NCBI GenBank assembly: GCA_964426725.1
Contig: CAYRRV010000004.1
Span: 81,391-145,390, forward strand
From: an uncultured Bacteroidales bacterium
GTDB lineage: Bacteria; Bacteroidota; Bacteroidia; Bacteroidales; CAYRRV01
DNA length: 64,000 nt
Direction of reading: 5' to 3'
In this document: piece by piece, positions 63,485 through 64,000 of the stretch
Position numbering within the stretch: the stretch's first letter is position 1
Layout: each line of letters opens with the position of its first letter
Notes under the pieces: generated by a model
Databases searched by the model: none
What the model saw: the letters and a program-made list of their open reading frames with translations, nothing else
Told to the model about the DNA's origin: nothing
Position numbers and translations under genes: made by a program

Positions 63485-64000
63485 ATGGTTATAAAAAACA
63501 GAAATTACTATTTTTTCTTGCTAGCCGCCCTGGCTTTTTTGTTACCTATGTTTTTTGAATTCCAGCGTGTTGTTGATCGCTTACTGCTCCTGCTGGGTAT
63601 AACAGCCATGTTGGTTATTTTTGCCCGGGGCATGAACAAAGAAAGAAAACAAAAAGCCATTACCATTGAAAGAAAAGACAACCAGACAGAGTATACCATG
63701 TCGCTTTTAAAGGCCAATATTTACGTGATTTACATGTTGATCCCGATGTTCATTCTTTTTGGTCTTCCATTTTTCTATCTATGGGGAGATGAGCTCGTTA
63801 ACAAAATCCGGGGGTTTGAAAATCTTTCACTGGCCTTTTTGCTTTTCATACTATTTTTCCTGGGTGCGTTCGCTGTTGGCGTGGTATTACACGAGCTTAT
63901 TCATGGATTGGTATTCGCTCTTTTTGCTAAAAAGGGTTTTCATTCCATTCGTTTTGGTATTCATAAAGAATATTTCACACCTTATTGTCATTGTAAAGAA
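63485..64000 (+). CDS. DUF3267-like putative membrane zincin peptidase (HExxH); partial, runs off the right edge
   Basis: The open frame from ATG 63485 reads MVIKNRNYYFFLLAALAFLLPMFFEF...VGVVLHELIHGLVFALFAKKGF... It has TM helices plus HELIH. It is absent from the ORF track because no stop falls in the window. Confidence 0.5.
   Translation, partial: MVIKNRNYYFFLLAALAFLLPMFFEFQRVVDRLLLLLGITAMLVIFARGMNKERKQKAITIERKDNQTEYTMSLLKANIYVIYMLIPMFILFGLPFFYLWGDELVNKIRGFENLSLAFLLFILFFLGAFAVGVVLHELIHGLVFALFAKKGFHSIRFGIHKEYFTPYCHCKE

Noticed and set aside
1-64000. CRISPR arrays, transposases, integrases, restriction-modification, toxin-antitoxin or other known defence modules
   Set aside because: None was recognised on either strand. 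The only tandem arrays (27640-27739 and 52831-52990) have 8-nt units with no spacers and no cas genes nearby.

Overview
A 64-kb low-GC chromosomal window that looks like Bacteroidota. The evidence is T9SS C-terminal sorting domains, TAnnTTTG-type promoter motifs, CarboxypepD_reg-type TonB receptors and little Shine-Dalgarno signal.

Positions 1-29.5 kb form one large Wzx/Wzy-dependent exopolysaccharide or capsule locus:
- A plus-strand block (3-14132) encodes the tail of an RmlC-like cupin epimerase, an NDP-hexose C-methyltransferase, several GT2/GT4/GT26 glycosyltransferases, an SDR, Wzx, a Wzy-like polymerase, an acyltransferase-3 and a methyltransferase.
- A minus-strand block (14125-23758) encodes an AlgI-like MBOAT with a putative partner, a DUF218-like protein and two paralogous secreted beta-helix T9SS proteins. 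One of these is 1411 aa and contains an internally duplicated cadherin-FN3-LamG module.
- wza and wzc follow on the plus strand, then a convergent WbaP-like initiating transferase.

The remaining sequence is mixed housekeeping and accessory genes:
- Signalling and small-molecule genes: two orphan DUF1987/SiaC-like genes, a PAS histidine kinase, a histidine phosphatase, a Tat-signal amidase, crcB-DUF190, an EamA transporter and an MDR oxidoreductase.
- Translation and nucleic-acid genes: tRNA-Cys, an uncalled CWC mini-ORF coupled to folB, glnS followed by tRNA-Gln(CUG), a SMUG-like UDG, RtcB, kdtA and class II RNR nrdJ.
- Glycan-related genes: NodZ-like and STELLO-like glycosyltransferases, and a sulfatase/GH88 pair with an OMP/lipoprotein pair.
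- Other: a TonB-receptor operon, a GntP remnant and a partial DUF3267 gene.

No CRISPR array, transposase, integrase or recognisable defence system was seen.

The most unusual signals are non-coding:
1. Two related tracts (27640-27739 and 52831-52990) are built entirely of degenerate octamers in strict 8-nt phase. The second tract has two inverted arms and lies between a small RHH gene and rtcB.
2. A leader of about 115-135 nt is duplicated immediately upstream of the GTG starts of the amidase and of crcB. No fluoride riboswitch is recognisable upstream of crcB.
3. A 214-bp element with terminal inverted repeats and several internal hairpins lies next to the GntP remnant.

All functional calls rest on motif and family recognition by eye. 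No searches were run.
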